DNA of 64,000 bases from Flavobacteriaceae bacterium (GCA_018401115.1 JAGYKX010000007.1:314815-378814), one strand, 5' to 3'. Counted from the first letter of the stretch, positions 1 through 11,349 are shown. Numbers and translations are program-made. Notes: a model not told the origin generated them from the letters alone.

Positions 1-1034
1 TTGTATCTGGATCCATGTACTTGGATAATGGATTTTCCGTTGGACTTAGGGGGTCCTTAAATAAAATAACCACCTTGGGTAATACCCCAGCTAATAAAAT
101 GTATTATGCCTTAGATGCCAGTGTACAATATGCCTTTCTAGATAACACTAAAATAGACCCTTTTGTATCTGCAGGTCTTGGTCATTATTGGATGGAAGAA
201 AATTCTTCTGCAACGGCTAATGTTGGACTTGGATTAAATTACTGGTTCAATGACTTTATTGGATTGAGCTATGAAAGTGTGTACAAGCACACAAAAAATA
301 TTTCAGGAGTGGCCCATATTCAACACAGTTTTGGTATTTCCATAAAAGGAGGTGGTTCTGACAGAGATAAGGACGGTGTTTATGACAACCAAGACGAATG
401 TCCTGATATTGCAGGCTTGGCTCAGTTTAATGGCTGCCCAGACAGCGATGGAGACGGTATTATCGATTCCAAAGACCAATGTCCAAATACGCCTGGATTG
501 CCTGAGTTTAATGGCTGTGCAGATAGTGACGGAGACGGGTTAATAGATCCTAAAGACCAATGTCCAAATACCCCGGGAATATTGGCTTTTAACGGTTGTC
601 CTGACACCGATGGAGACGGTATAAAAGACGCCCAGGATCAATGTCCAGAAGTAGCAGGGGTTCCTGAAAACAATGGGTGTCCAGCGGTACAGAGGCAATT
701 AGACGACTATTCAAAAACAATTTTGTTTGTCTTGGAAAAGGCAGAGATTTTAGAAGAATCTTATCCTGCCTTGAACAACATTCTAGAAATTGTCCAAGAA
801 TATCCTGAAGCAACATTTACCGTTTCCGGCCATGCAGACAGCAGAGGAACTAAAGCTTTTAATCAAAAGCTTTCCGAAGAAAGGGCTCAGTCTATTGTAG
901 ATTATATGGTCAATAAAGGCATTGCTGCCAATCGGTTTAAAGTGGTAGGCTACGGAGAAACAAAACCAATAGCCACTAACGTCAATAGGGCGGGAAGAAA
1001 GCTCAATAGAAGGGTAGAAGTTGTGGTGGACTAG
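1..1034 (+). CDS. OmpA family protein with thrombospondin type-3 repeats (probably 5'-truncated by the window edge)
   Basis: DxDGDG..D..D.CP repeats; C-terminal OmpA domain (GHADSRG...NQKLSEERA...NRRVE). Confidence 0.9.
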   Translation, partial: VSGSMYLDNGFSVGLRGSLNKITTLGNTPANKMYYALDASVQYAFLDNTKIDPFVSAGLGHYWMEENSSATANVGLGLNYWFNDFIGLSYESVYKHTKNISGVAHIQHSFGISIKGGGSDRDKDGVYDNQDECPDIAGLAQFNGCPDSDGDGIIDSKDQCPNTPGLPEFNGCADSDGDGLIDPKDQCPNTPGILAFNGCPDTDGDGIKDAQDQCPEVAGVPENNGCPAVQRQLDDYSKTILFVLEKAEILEESYPALNNILEIVQEYPEATFTVSGHADSRGTKAFNQKLSEERAQSIVDYMVNKGIAANRFKVVGYGETKPIATNVNRAGRKLNRRVEVVVD

Positions 1035-1056
1035 TCCATTAGTAAATAAAGTTTTG

Positions 1057-1084
1057 AAAGAGCGCCGTTTTAACGGCGCTTTTT
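1057..1084 (+). terminator. intrinsic terminator
   Basis: AGCGCCGTT-TT-AACGGCGCT followed by a T-tract after the OmpA stop. Confidence 0.8.
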
Positions 1085-1115
1085 ATATTTTTAAAGAAGC
1101 TAAGCCCTCGGTTCA

Positions 1116-3848
1116 ATGATCCCTTTTCTAGCACAAATCACAGATAAAATAATTCAAGAAAACCCTAATTTTTCCAATACTATTTGGGTATTTCCTAGTA
1201 AAAGAGCAGGAATATTTGCGGCAAACTACCTCAAAAAAAACAATTCAAAAACCATATTTGCCCCCGAATTTCTAAGTATTGAGGCATTTATTGGTAAACT
1301 TGCGGTCATTGAACCGGCAAGTACTGAAACCGCTCTTTGCCTACTTTACGAAAGTTATTTAGAGACCGATATAAAAGAAAAAGAATCTTTTTCAAGTTTC
1401 ATAGGTTGGGGTACTACCATACTTCAAGACTTTAACGAAATAGACCGCTACGGTATAGTCGCTAAAAAACTATACACACACATCCAAAACCTACAAGAAG
1501 TGTCTCATTGGGCCCTTGAGGAAGACAAGACAGAGATGGTTCAAGCGTATTTAAAATTTTGGGAAATCCTTCCAGAACTCTACGAGCGTTTTACTAAAAA
1601 AATGTTGTCACAAGATATTGGGCACCAAGGTTTATTGTATAAAAAAGCAAAAGAAAATATTGCCCAATTTTTAAAAGACTTACCAGACACTAAGTTTTAT
1701 TTCATTGGTTTTAATGCTTTAAACACTTCTGAGTCTGACATTATACAATATATCTTATCCGAAAAAAGGGGAACAATTTATTGGGACTTAGACCAGTACT
1801 TCTTGGAGAACCCCCTCCATGAGGCGGGCTATTTTATGAGGCAGCACTTGAAAAAATGGCCTTATTTTAAAGAAAATACCCCCGAAGGGATCTCTTACGA
1901 ATACCTGTCAACACAGAAGAAAATTACTATATACGGTGTGCCAAAAAGTATTTCTCAAGCACAATTGATTGGAGAAATTTTACATGATTTACCCCAAGAA
2001 CAAGCGTTAAAAACGGCTATAGTTTTAGGAGATGAGGAACTATTAAACCCTGCCATACACGCTATCCCTAGTGGGCTAAAAGCCAATATTACCATGGGGG
2101 CACCTTTGTCTGGAGTTTCTATGGCCGCATTGGTAGCGCACTTTTTTGATTTACACACCAACAATCATTCCAGCAGTTGGCATATTAAACAAGTTCAGGA
2201 TGTTTTGACCCATCCCTATGTAAAGTCTTTATTAGAAGCGAACCAATACAATGCTGTTACAGCATTCGTTCACCACTGCCAGAAACAAAATATTTCAAGC
2301 TTAAATACGGATTATATCAAGGCCTCCTTTGAAAAAAGTGAGGTAGAAATAAGTCTCCTTTTTAAAGACAAAGCCCATGAACCTGTCGCTTTTGTCGCTA
2401 GATTTAAAGCGCTACTTAATGTACTTTTCAATTTCTCAGAAAAAAACAAGCTGCCTAAAATAAGTTCTGAAGTCTTATATTTCAGAGAGATTTTTGAAGG
2501 ACTAAAGCAGCAGTTAACTGCTTTTCCTTTCATTGACAACCTATCTGGTTTAAAGAAAATTTATCTAGAAACCCTCTCTAAAAAAAGACTTTCTTTTAGT
2601 GGAGACGCCTTAGAGGGTCTTCAATTAATGGGTATGTTGGAGAGTAGAAACCTGGATTTTGAAACGGTTATTATCTCTCATGTAAACGAAGGTATTCTTC
2701 CTGGAGGAAAATCTAGTAATTCATACATACCGCTTTCCTTAAAAAAGATATTTGGACTACCTAGTTTTAAAGAAAAAGATGCAGTGTATGCCTATCATTT
2801 TTACAGATTACTCCAAAGGGCAAAAAATGTTTACTTGCTTTACAACACGGCAACAGATGTATTGGAGGGAGGAGAACCCAGTAGGTTTGTACATCAATTA
2901 AAAACACAAGGAATAGAAAAGGTTCAAGTGGTGCACCAATTGGCCATGCCTGTTTTAGATGCGGTTACGCCTACATTAATGGAGATTGAAAAAGACCCAA
3001 GCGTTATTGAAAAATTACTGGAAAAAGCAACAAGTGGCTTTTCTCCCTCGGCATTAAATACTTATATAAGGAACCCTATAGATTTTTATAAACGCTATAT
3101 TTTAAAGATCAAAGATCCGGAAATTCTAGAAGAACTCATCGCTTATAACACCTTTGGAACTATTGTTCACGATAGTTTAGAAGCGCTTTACACCCCTTGT
3201 ATTGGTCAAATATTGACTGAAAACCACTTTAAAGAAATTAATACCCAACTGCCTAATACCCTAGCCCACATTTTTGAAAAACACCATAGCCCAACTCAAT
3301 CACTGAAAGGGAAAAACCTCATCGCTTTTTCTGTATTGCATCAATATCTCAAGGATTTCCTGGAATACGACCAAGCATGTGCTAAAAAAGAAGAAATTTA
3401 TATTGAAAGCCTAGAGAAAGAATACCAAATGACCCTACAAATTCCAGGTGTTTCTCAAGGTGTTTTATTCAAAGGGAGTTTAGACCGCGTGGACAAAAGA
3501 AATGGAGTAACACATATTATTGATTTTAAAACGGGTGCGGTGAAATCCACTGAATTAAAACTCAAGGACTGGGATGGTTTAAACGACAGCCCAGAGAAAG
3601 GCAAAATTTTTCAGCTACTTTCTTATGCGGCATTATATAGGAATAGCCACGGAAATGAACCCGTAAAAACAGGAATCTATAGTTTTAAAAACACACAAGA
3701 TGGCTATATGTTTTTTGAAGACAGCCTAAAAACCTCAGACAAAAACATTGTAGATGAAGGTGCTTGCAGCAAATTTAAAGAAATGCTTATTGACTTAGTT
3801 CAAGAACTCTTTAATATAGAGAACCCTTTTGTGGAGAAGGAAGTTTAG
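1116..3848 (+). CDS. PD-(D/E)XK nuclease family protein (AddB/RexB-like)
   Basis: 910 aa; FSPSAL, GSLDRVD, IIDFKTG and QLLSYA motifs. Confidence 0.8.
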   Translation: MIPFLAQITDKIIQENPNFSNTIWVFPSKRAGIFAANYLKKNNSKTIFAPEFLSIEAFIGKLAVIEPASTETALCLLYESYLETDIKEKESFSSFIGWGTTILQDFNEIDRYGIVAKKLYTHIQNLQEVSHWALEEDKTEMVQAYLKFWEILPELYERFTKKMLSQDIGHQGLLYKKAKENIAQFLKDLPDTKFYFIGFNALNTSESDIIQYILSEKRGTIYWDLDQYFLENPLHEAGYFMRQHLKKWPYFKENTPEGISYEYLSTQKKITIYGVPKSISQAQLIGEILHDLPQEQALKTAIVLGDEELLNPAIHAIPSGLKANITMGAPLSGVSMAALVAHFFDLHTNNHSSSWHIKQVQDVLTHPYVKSLLEANQYNAVTAFVHHCQKQNISSLNTDYIKASFEKSEVEISLLFKDKAHEPVAFVARFKALLNVLFNFSEKNKLPKISSEVLYFREIFEGLKQQLTAFPFIDNLSGLKKIYLETLSKKRLSFSGDALEGLQLMGMLESRNLDFETVIISHVNEGILPGGKSSNSYIPLSLKKIFGLPSFKEKDAVYAYHFYRLLQRAKNVYLLYNTATDVLEGGEPSRFVHQLKTQGIEKVQVVHQLAMPVLDAVTPTLMEIEKDPSVIEKLLEKATSGFSPSALNTYIRNPIDFYKRYILKIKDPEILEELIAYNTFGTIVHDSLEALYTPCIGQILTENHFKEINTQLPNTLAHIFEKHHSPTQSLKGKNLIAFSVLHQYLKDFLEYDQACAKKEEIYIESLEKEYQMTLQIPGVSQGVLFKGSLDRVDKRNGVTHIIDFKTGAVKSTELKLKDWDGLNDSPEKGKIFQLLSYAALYRNSHGNEPVKTGIYSFKNTQDGYMFFEDSLKTSDKNIVDEGACSKFKEMLIDLVQELFNIENPFVEKEV

Positions 3849-3916
3849 GGTTTAAAAAAACCCTCACATTACTGTGAAGGTTTTTGTTTTTTAGGCTAAA
3901 GCCGATATTTTGTTAG

Positions 3917-3990
3917 TGGAGAATAGCGGATTCGAACCGCTGGCCTCTTGCCTGCCAGGCAAGCGCTCTAGCCAACTGAGCTAATCCCCC
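3917..3990 (-). tRNA. tRNA-Ala(GGC)
   Basis: Reverse complement GGGGGATTAGCTCAGTTGGCTAGAGCGCTTGCCTGGCAGGCAAGAGGCCAGCGGTTCGAATCCGCTATTCTCCA; G3:U70 pair, anticodon GGC. Confidence 0.95.
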
Positions 3991-4052
3991 AAAGCGAAGC
4001 AAAGAAACCACTTTTTTTTATAATCTCAAACCTTTAATTTGTGCAAAAAAAT

Positions 4053-4850
4053 TCAATCCTTTTTCACACTTAACACCAATACAGGAATAGAGACGTGAAA
4101 TTCAGATTTGAGAATGGTGCTTTTTTCCAATAAATTGGTGAAAAAACCTCTTTTTCTTCTAAAAACACACAAAAGATCCGGTTTTTGATCTCTAAAATGC
4201 TCTAAAACGCCCAGATATGTTGTGGCATTTTGGGTCATATTTACCTGACTGCTCATGTCCATTAGAGCGGTGTTTATTTTTAAATCTGCGTCTGTATATC
4301 CAGGGGTTTTAACCAATAAAAGGGAGACCTTTGATTGGTGATTTTTTTGAATCTCCAAAAGGGGCGTTAAAATTCTATTTCTCTTAAGAATACCCGATTT
4401 AAAAGCAGTAAGTACATTTTTAAACGGTTTGAATACTGCCTTTTTAGGTACAATTAGGGTGGGAATATTGGTGCGTTTAATAATACTTCCGGAGGTAGGG
4501 CCCAAATAGTAAATATCTTGTATATCATTGTGCCTAGGGGACATGATGATTAGATCTATCTGCAGCTCTTTGTCAATTGCTTTAACGCCTTCTACCACAC
4601 TTCCGTTGTAAGTGACTATTTTAATCTCTAAGCCTTTTGGGTCTACTTTACCTATAACTTCTAGCAAATGTGCTTTGTTTTGCTGGGCTACTTTTTCAGA
4701 AACATTAACCAGTGTTCCTGGAGCAGAAGGGGCATTAAATACCTCCATCACAAATATTTTAGATTGTAATGGAGCTGCAAAATCTACCGCATATTGGAGG
4801 GTTTCGTGAATGTCTGGACTACTTCCTATGGGAACGAGAATATGATTCAT
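4053..4850 (-). CDS. universal stress protein
   Basis: ILVPIG start, GPTSGSII..IPTLIVP and PVLVL; tandem Usp domains. Confidence 0.85.
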   Translation of the reverse strand: MNHILVPIGSSPDIHETLQYAVDFAAPLQSKIFVMEVFNAPSAPGTLVNVSEKVAQQNKAHLLEVIGKVDPKGLEIKIVTYNGSVVEGVKAIDKELQIDLIIMSPRHNDIQDIYYLGPTSGSIIKRTNIPTLIVPKKAVFKPFKNVLTAFKSGILKRNRILTPLLEIQKNHQSKVSLLLVKTPGYTDADLKINTALMDMSSQVNMTQNATTYLGVLEHFRDQKPDLLCVFRRKRGFFTNLLEKSTILKSEFHVSIPVLVLSVKKD

Positions 4851-4951
4851 AAAGAGATGTTAGGTATATTTAGAATTAGGTATTAAACTACAATGAATAT
4901 ACTATAAATTTGTGATTAATAATATACCTATAAGAACAGACCCCCTAATAT

Positions 4952-5455
4952 ATGATTAGACCAGCAAAAGCAAAAGACCTACCGTTCATTTTAGAAGTCA
5001 CCCAATCATGCGCGAGACATATGATCGCAAATGGTATATTTCAATGGAACGAACAATACCCTAGTATAGAGGCATTTCAGAAAGATCTAGATCGCGAGGA
5101 ATTATATGTTTTTGAACAAGAGGAAAAGGTGCTAGGAGCTGTTGTAATGAGTGATTTTAAAGACCCTTTTTACGAAGCTATTCAATGGAAGTGCCCTACA
5201 GGGAAAAATATGTATATCCACAGGCTTTGTGTGCACCCAATTGCCCAAGGCAAAGGATACGCCAAAGCACTCATGGATTTTGCAGAAAATAAAGCGAGAA
5301 AAGAAGGCTTTCAGTCAGTTCGCCTAGATACTTTTAGTTTAAATGAGAAAAACGTGGCTTTCTACACCAAGAGAGGCTATTCAAGGCTAGGAGATATTTA
5401 TTTTCCCATAAAGAGCAAAGCCCCTTTTCATTGTTTTGAACTGCCCATTTCATGA
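4952..5455 (+). CDS. GNAT family N-acetyltransferase
   Basis: RLCVHP.AQGKGYA acetyl-CoA motif. Confidence 0.9.
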   Translation: MIRPAKAKDLPFILEVTQSCARHMIANGIFQWNEQYPSIEAFQKDLDREELYVFEQEEKVLGAVVMSDFKDPFYEAIQWKCPTGKNMYIHRLCVHPIAQGKGYAKALMDFAENKARKEGFQSVRLDTFSLNEKNVAFYTKRGYSRLGDIYFPIKSKAPFHCFELPIS

Positions 5456-6809
5456 CATTCAAAGTAACACATAATACAGAAAACCCCCTCAAAAGAATTC
5501 ATCGTTTGGCCATTCCCGCAACTATTGCAGGTGTAGCAGAACCCTTTTTATCTTTAACAGATACTGCTATTGTGGGAAATATACCTATTCAAGGTGCTCA
5601 AGCATTGGCGGCTGCAGGAATAGTAGGTTCCTTTCTCTCTATGCTCGTTTGGGTTCTGGGGCAAACCCAAAGCGCTATTTCCGCATTGGTCTCTCAATAC
5701 CTAGGAAAAGACAATTTAGACGGGATTAAGGCCTTACCCATGCAGGCCATGTATGTGAATGTTTCCATCAGTCTTTTAGTGCTTGTGATTAGTATGATTT
5801 TTAAAACGGAGATATTTACGCTAATGAATGCCTCCGGTCCTTTGCTTGAAATGTGTGAGCAATACTTTAGTATTAGAATCTGGGGATTTCCATTAACCCT
5901 TTTCACTTTTGGTGTATTTGGAGTCTTTAGGGGACTACAAAATACTTTATGGCCTATGGCTGTAGCACTAACAGGTGCTTTTCTAAATGTGGGATTAGAC
6001 TTTATTTTAGTTTACGGCATAGAAGGATTTATAGAGCCTATGTTTTTAGAAGGGGCTGCCTGGGCCAGTCTAATTGCACAAGTAGTAATGGCTGTATTTG
6101 CATTGAGCTTGCTTTTTTTAAAGACAGATTTCCCGCTCATTGTCAAAGGGCCTATTCATCCTGAATTAAAAAATATTATTGGTATGAGTGCCAATCTCTT
6201 TGTGCGCTCTTTGGCATTAAACACTGCGCTTATTTTGTCCGTTAGAGAAGCTACAGCTATGGGGACTACTTTTATTGGCGCACACACCATATTACTTAAT
6301 CTATGGTTATTTTCTGCCTTCTTTATAGAGGGATATGGCACGGCAGGAAATAGTATTGGCGGCAAATTATTAGGCGCTAAAAATTATATCCTGTTGTGGG
6401 AATTGGCAAAAAAGTGGCCTTTTTTGGTTTTGTGATGGGGAGTATTTTATTGTTGCTTGGGACCTTGTTTTACGGTAATATAGGGGGTCTATTTTCCGAA
6501 AACAAAGCGACTTTATTGGCTTTTGAAGAGGTGTTTTTCATTTTGTTAATTTGCTTGCCCACCAATGGTGTTGCGTTTGTTTTAGACGGTATGTTTAAAG
6601 GCTTGGGAGAGATGAAGTTCTTGAGAAATGTACTCTTACTCACTTCTTTTGGCGTCTTTGTTCCTTTGGTTTTCTGGAGCAATAAAATGAATTGGGGGCT
6701 AAAGGGAATATGGGTGGCTTTTGGTTGTTGGATGGTGGCAAGGGGGGTTGCCTTAATCTTGAAATTCCGAAGAAAATTTTTACCCCTAAAACAAAACACC
6801 TACATTTAA
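5452..6809 (+). CDS. MATE efflux transporter (DinF-like), frameshifted near 6410
   Basis: ORFs 5452-6435 and 6396-6809 are consecutive halves of one MATE protein; break lies in the GGCAAAAAAG run. Confidence 0.8.
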
Positions 6810-6817
6810 AAATAATT

Positions 6818-7570
6818 ATGAAAGGGACTGTTCACACTCAAATAGAAAATGCCATTGCTACAATAACTTTCCAGCATCCAGCAAGTAATTCCTGCGATCC
6901 GGAAATGTTAGCAGAAATGTCAGATAGCATAAAAAATCTTTCAGGGCATTCCGCGGTTAAACTAATATTACTGCAATCTGGAGGAGAAAAAACTTTCTGT
7001 GCAGGTGCATCTATAACCCATTTATCTGAGTTAAAAGACCTGAAAACTGCCACGGAATTTTTCAAAGGATTTGGTCGTTTAATACTCGAAATGAAGGTAT
7101 CTCCTAAAATAATCGTAACCAAAGTTCAAGGAAAAGCCGTGGGAGGCGGTATTGGAATTATTGCTGCGAGTGACTATGTGATTGCTGGTCCCAATAGTGA
7201 AATAAGACTTTCGGAATTATTTATAGGGATTGGACCTTTGGTGATTGCGCCAGCGGTCATTCGAAAAATTGGGGTGAGTAATTTCACTCATTTAAGCCTT
7301 GAACCAACCCAATGGAAGCCGGCGCAATGGGGAAAAGAAAGCGGTTTATTTAACAAGCTTGTACAAACTCAAGAAAGCTTAACGACAGAGACAAATACAT
7401 GGGTTTTGGCCCTGACCCAATACAGTAAAGAAGCCCTGTGTCAAATAAAGAAAACAGCTTGGCAAGGTACCGATCATTGGAGTGACCTATTAGACGCCAA
7501 TGCTGCAGAAACTGCAGCGCTTGCTTTAACAGACCAAGCGCAGGCGGCATTTAAATCATTTATAAAATAA
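6818..7570 (+). CDS. enoyl-CoA hydratase/isomerase family protein
   Basis: FCAGAS and GKAVGGG motifs; ATG at 6818. Confidence 0.85.
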   Translation: MKGTVHTQIENAIATITFQHPASNSCDPEMLAEMSDSIKNLSGHSAVKLILLQSGGEKTFCAGASITHLSELKDLKTATEFFKGFGRLILEMKVSPKIIVTKVQGKAVGGGIGIIAASDYVIAGPNSEIRLSELFIGIGPLVIAPAVIRKIGVSNFTHLSLEPTQWKPAQWGKESGLFNKLVQTQESLTTETNTWVLALTQYSKEALCQIKKTAWQGTDHWSDLLDANAAETAALALTDQAQAAFKSFIK

Positions 7571-7574
7571 TCTT

Positions 7575-7673
7575 ATGAATCAAAACTTTCTATTTGCGGC
7601 GCTGGCTTTAGTCGTAGGGGTAATATACTTTTTTAATAAATTCAGGAACAACAAAAAGTTTAAACGAAAATAA
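7575..7673 (+). CDS. small (32 aa) single-TM membrane protein
   Basis: MNQNFLFAALALVVGVIYFFNKFRNNKKFKRK; starts 4 nt after the upstream stop and fills the gap exactly. Confidence 0.5.
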   Translation: MNQNFLFAALALVVGVIYFFNKFRNNKKFKRK

Positions 7674-8315
7674 TTAACTCGTTTTAAGCCAGCCGGTAAT
7701 ACTGAGCCTATCTCTGTGTGCTTTTAATACTTCATGAGGTATTTTTTGGCTTTCAAAAATAACCATCCTACCTCCTAAAGGAGTCACTAGTAGGGTTTGC
7801 TCCTCACCGGCACCCATTATATAAAGGGCTAGCGCACCTCCGTCTGTTTCCGTCCAGTCTTCTGGATTTAAATAAAATGCAATAGAAAGCTTTCTTTTGT
7901 GATCATTTTGAAAGCTGTCTAAATGCCTTTTATATCCAGTACCGGGAGGGTACAGTGCATAATGGAATTCTGTCTGAAGTATACCTAGAAAACAGGTCCT
8001 ATTCAAATAGGCCACCAAATCATTTAATCTTTTAAAGAACAAATTCTCTACATGGGTCTGGATCCTTTCATCTATCCATAAGATATAGTCCCCTCGTATA
8101 GCTGCCGCTATGACTTCATTGGTTTTACTTCCAATAGCGGCTTTTTTAAAGCGATCCTCCTCAAAGTGTAATAAGAGAGACTGCCTCAATAAAAAAACCG
8201 TTTTAGAGTCTATAAAATGATCCACAATACTATAGTCTTGGGTCATTAAATCTGAAATAATGGTTTCGAACAAAGGGTCTAATTCGAAATCCATTTCGCG
8301 GTACAATGCAGCCAC
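7674..8315 (-). CDS. 2OG-Fe(II) oxygenase (SM-20/EGLN-like)
   Basis: YKRHLD, GGAL, HEVL and RLSITGW motifs. Confidence 0.85.
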   Translation of the reverse strand: MAALYREMDFELDPLFETIISDLMTQDYSIVDHFIDSKTVFLLRQSLLLHFEEDRFKKAAIGSKTNEVIAAAIRGDYILWIDERIQTHVENLFFKRLNDLVAYLNRTCFLGILQTEFHYALYPPGTGYKRHLDSFQNDHKRKLSIAFYLNPEDWTETDGGALALYIMGAGEEQTLLVTPLGGRMVIFESQKIPHEVLKAHRDRLSITGWLKTS

Positions 8316-8401
8316 TTACAATATTTAAAAGAACGGATAAATGTAATTCAATTAAGTGTTGGTTTTGCAAAAAGAATACCTTTGCAACTTAAACTTTTCT
8401 C

Positions 8402-8851
8402 ATGAGCAAAATTAGAATTACCAAACAGTTTAGTTTTGAAACTGGCCACGCCTTATTTGGCTACGACGGAAAATGCAGAAATGTTCATGGCCACAGCTAT
8501 AAACTGTCTGTGACAGTCATTGGAAGTCCTATAGAAGAAAAAGGTGCTGTAAAACTCGGAATGGTGATTGACTTTTCTGACCTAAAAAAAATTGTCAAAG
8601 AAGAAGTAGTAGATGTATTTGACCACGCCACAGTATTTAACAAAAACACGCCTCATATTGAGTTAGCAAAAGAATTAAGAAACAGAGGGCACGCAGTTAT
8701 TTTGGCAGACTACCAGCCAACCTCAGAAAACATGGTGCTGGATTTTGCAGATAAAATTAAAGCCAGGTTGCCAAAAAATATTACTTTGTTCTCTTTGAAA
8801 CTTCAAGAGACAGACAGTTCCTTTGCAGAATGGTTTGCCTCAGATAACTAG
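8402..8851 (+). CDS. queD: 6-carboxytetrahydropterin synthase
   Basis: C.NVHGHSY, DH and PTSEN motifs. Confidence 0.9.
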   Translation: MSKIRITKQFSFETGHALFGYDGKCRNVHGHSYKLSVTVIGSPIEEKGAVKLGMVIDFSDLKKIVKEEVVDVFDHATVFNKNTPHIELAKELRNRGHAVILADYQPTSENMVLDFADKIKARLPKNITLFSLKLQETDSSFAEWFASDN

Positions 8852-8873
8852 CTGTTTACTATCTTTAGGCTCT

Positions 8874-9641
8874 ATGACACAAGAAATATCCCTTACAGAT
8901 GGTAAAAAAATTTATTTTGCCAGTGACAATCACCTCGGAGCACCCAGTGCAGCGGAAAGTTTGCCTAGGGAAAAGAAGTTTGTTTCTTGGCTAGATACTA
9001 TTAAAGACTCTGCTGCTGCTATTTTTCTTTTAGGAGATCTTTTTGATTTTTGGTTTGAATACAAGACTGTTGTTCCTAAAGGGTTTACCCGAACACTTGG
9101 AAAACTAGCGGAACTTTCAGACGCTGGAATCCCTATATATTACTTTGTGGGAAATCATGATTTATGGATGCATGGGTACTTTGAAGATGAATTAGGAATT
9201 CAAGTATTCCACAAACCCCAAGAATTTATGATTGATCATAAAACTTTTTTAATTGGTCATGGGGATGGTTTGGGGCCTGGAGACAAGGGTTTCAAAAGAA
9301 TGAAAAAAGTATTTACCCATCCGTTGGCCAAATGGTTTTTCAAATGGCTTCATCCAGATATTGGTGTTTCTTTGGGTCACTACCTATCAGTTAAAAATAA
9401 ACTCATCTCTGGAGAAGAAGATGTGGTGTTTCTTGGAGAAGAAGGGGAGTGGTTGGTTAAGTATGCCAAGAGAAAGCTCTCACAAAAACACTATGACTAC
9501 TTTGTGTTTGGGCACAGACATTTACCATTAGAAATCGCTGTAGCAGAAAATGCGACCTACATAAACACCGGAGATTGGATCTCTCACTACACCTATGGAG
9601 TTTATGACGGAGCCACTTTAAAACTCCAAACTGCCAAATAA
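8874..9641 (+). CDS. UDP-2,3-diacylglucosamine diphosphatase (LpxH-like metallophosphoesterase)
   Basis: SDNHLG, GDLFD, GNHD, HGD and GHRH motifs. Confidence 0.8.
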   Translation: MTQEISLTDGKKIYFASDNHLGAPSAAESLPREKKFVSWLDTIKDSAAAIFLLGDLFDFWFEYKTVVPKGFTRTLGKLAELSDAGIPIYYFVGNHDLWMHGYFEDELGIQVFHKPQEFMIDHKTFLIGHGDGLGPGDKGFKRMKKVFTHPLAKWFFKWLHPDIGVSLGHYLSVKNKLISGEEDVVFLGEEGEWLVKYAKRKLSQKHYDYFVFGHRHLPLEIAVAENATYINTGDWISHYTYGVYDGATLKLQTAK

Positions 9642-9648
9642 AGATGTC

Positions 9649-11349
9649 CTAAGTCTGGTGAGGCTTAATGTCCAACAATTGCAATTGTAAGGTGGTTTGC
9701 CCCTGCCAAAAATTTTCTGATATATTGAAAACAATATCTACCTTTTTTTGGTGGGAGAGAAGGGCTAAGGCATCGGCCTTTTTAAAGGCCACAAAATTAA
9801 TTTTTACCCCACCATCTTGGGTAAGCGTTCCCTTGAGATGGGTCTGATCTGCCCCAATTAATTTCGCATAGCCTGTGTCATAAACGCCTGTCGCTTTAAA
9901 TACCGGAATAGGATTTTCAGGACCAAAAGGAGCCATTTGCTTTAAGATTCTAATAAATTTAGGACTAATCTCTGAAAAGGACAGCGGGCTGTCTATACTA
10001 ATTTGAGGAGTTTTTAAATCAGGGTCTAAAGTACTGGAAACGTAGCTTTCAAAGGCATTTTTAAAATCCTCGTATTTTTCAGGATCCAACGTTAGGCCAG
10101 CAGCATACATATGCCCTCCAAATTGAATGAGGTGTTCACTACAGGCTTCAATGGCTTTATACACATCGTATCCTTTAATAGATCTTGCTGAACCCGCCAA
10201 TACATGACCGCTTTTGGTAAAAACAAGGGTGGGTCTATAATGGGTTTCAATAAGCCTAGAGGCTACAATTCCTATCACACCTTTGTGCCAATCTGGCTGA
10301 TAAACTACCGTGCTAGCATTGGTGGTTTCCAAATCTCCAGCAATCTGTTTCAAAGCGTTTTCTGTGATATGCTGATCTAAACTTCTTCTCTCTGTGTTAT
10401 TGTCCTCAATAGCTGCGGCCATTTGCTTGGCTTGTGCCATGTCTTTTGTTTGTAATAAGGCTACAGCATGTGCGCCGTGAACCATCCTACCTGCAGCATT
10501 TATTCTTGGAGAGACCGTAAAATTAAGGTCGGTGAGGGTCACTACAGGTTTTTTAAATGTCTCTAAAAAGGCTTTAAATCCTGGTCTTGGATGGCTGTTA
10601 ATCTGGGCTAAACCTAAATAGGCTAAGGTTCGGTTTTCTCCATTTAGAGGCACAATATCTGCTCCAATGGCAGTAGCTACTAAGTCTAAATAAGGATAAA
10701 CTACTTCTTTTGGAGCCTCCAAAGCCATGGAAATGGCTTGTATAAGTTTAAAACCTATGCCGCAGCCACAAAGCTCTTTATAGGGATAATTACAATCTAA
10801 TCTTTTGGGGTCTAACACGGCTACAGCATCTGGTAAAACAGCGCCAGGCGTATGATGGTCACAAATAATAAAATCGATCCCTTTTTCCTTGGCGTAAGCT
10901 ACTTTATCTATAGCTTTTACTCCGCAGTCTAATGCAATAATAAGCCCTATATCGTTTTCACTTGCGAAATCTATGCCTTGATAAGATACGCCATAACCCT
11001 CGCTGTAACGATCTGGTATATATGTGGCTACTTTATGGTAGTACTGTTGTAAAAAATCGGCTACTAATGCTACCGCTGTAGTACCATCTACGTCGTAATC
11101 TCCATAGACTAAAATAGCCTCTTCACGTTCCATGGCAAGTATGATTCTAGCAACAGCTAGCTCCATATCCTTCATGAGATGGGGGGAATGGAGCTGAGAC
11201 ATTTCGGGTCTAAAAAAAGTTTTAGCAGCATTGAAATCTGACACGCCTCTTTGGATTAGAAGACGGGACAAAACCTTAGAAATACCAAGCGATTCGCTTA
11301 GCTCCTTTATTCTTTCAAGGTCCCTAAGAGGTGTTTCGATCCAATTCAT
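9649..11349 (-). CDS. recJ: single-stranded DNA exonuclease RecJ
   Basis: YGDYDVDG, DHH, PRINAAGR, GSARS and FGGH motifs. Confidence 0.95.
   Translation of the reverse strand: MNWIETPLRDLERIKELSESLGISKVLSRLLIQRGVSDFNAAKTFFRPEMSQLHSPHLMKDMELAVARIILAMEREEAILVYGDYDVDGTTAVALVADFLQQYYHKVATYIPDRYSEGYGVSYQGIDFASENDIGLIIALDCGVKAIDKVAYAKEKGIDFIICDHHTPGAVLPDAVAVLDPKRLDCNYPYKELCGCGIGFKLIQAISMALEAPKEVVYPYLDLVATAIGADIVPLNGENRTLAYLGLAQINSHPRPGFKAFLETFKKPVVTLTDLNFTVSPRINAAGRMVHGAHAVALLQTKDMAQAKQMAAAIEDNNTERRSLDQHITENALKQIAGDLETTNASTVVYQPDWHKGVIGIVASRLIETHYRPTLVFTKSGHVLAGSARSIKGYDVYKAIEACSEHLIQFGGHMYAAGLTLDPEKYEDFKNAFESYVSSTLDPDLKTPQISIDSPLSFSEISPKFIRILKQMAPFGPENPIPVFKATGVYDTGYAKLIGADQTHLKGTLTQDGGVKINFVAFKKADALALLSHQKKVDIVFNISENFWQGQTTLQLQLLDIKPHQT

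Noticed and set aside
350..690. Tandem ~81-bp DNA repeats
   Set aside because: They are the coding thrombospondin type-3 repeats of the OmpA protein.
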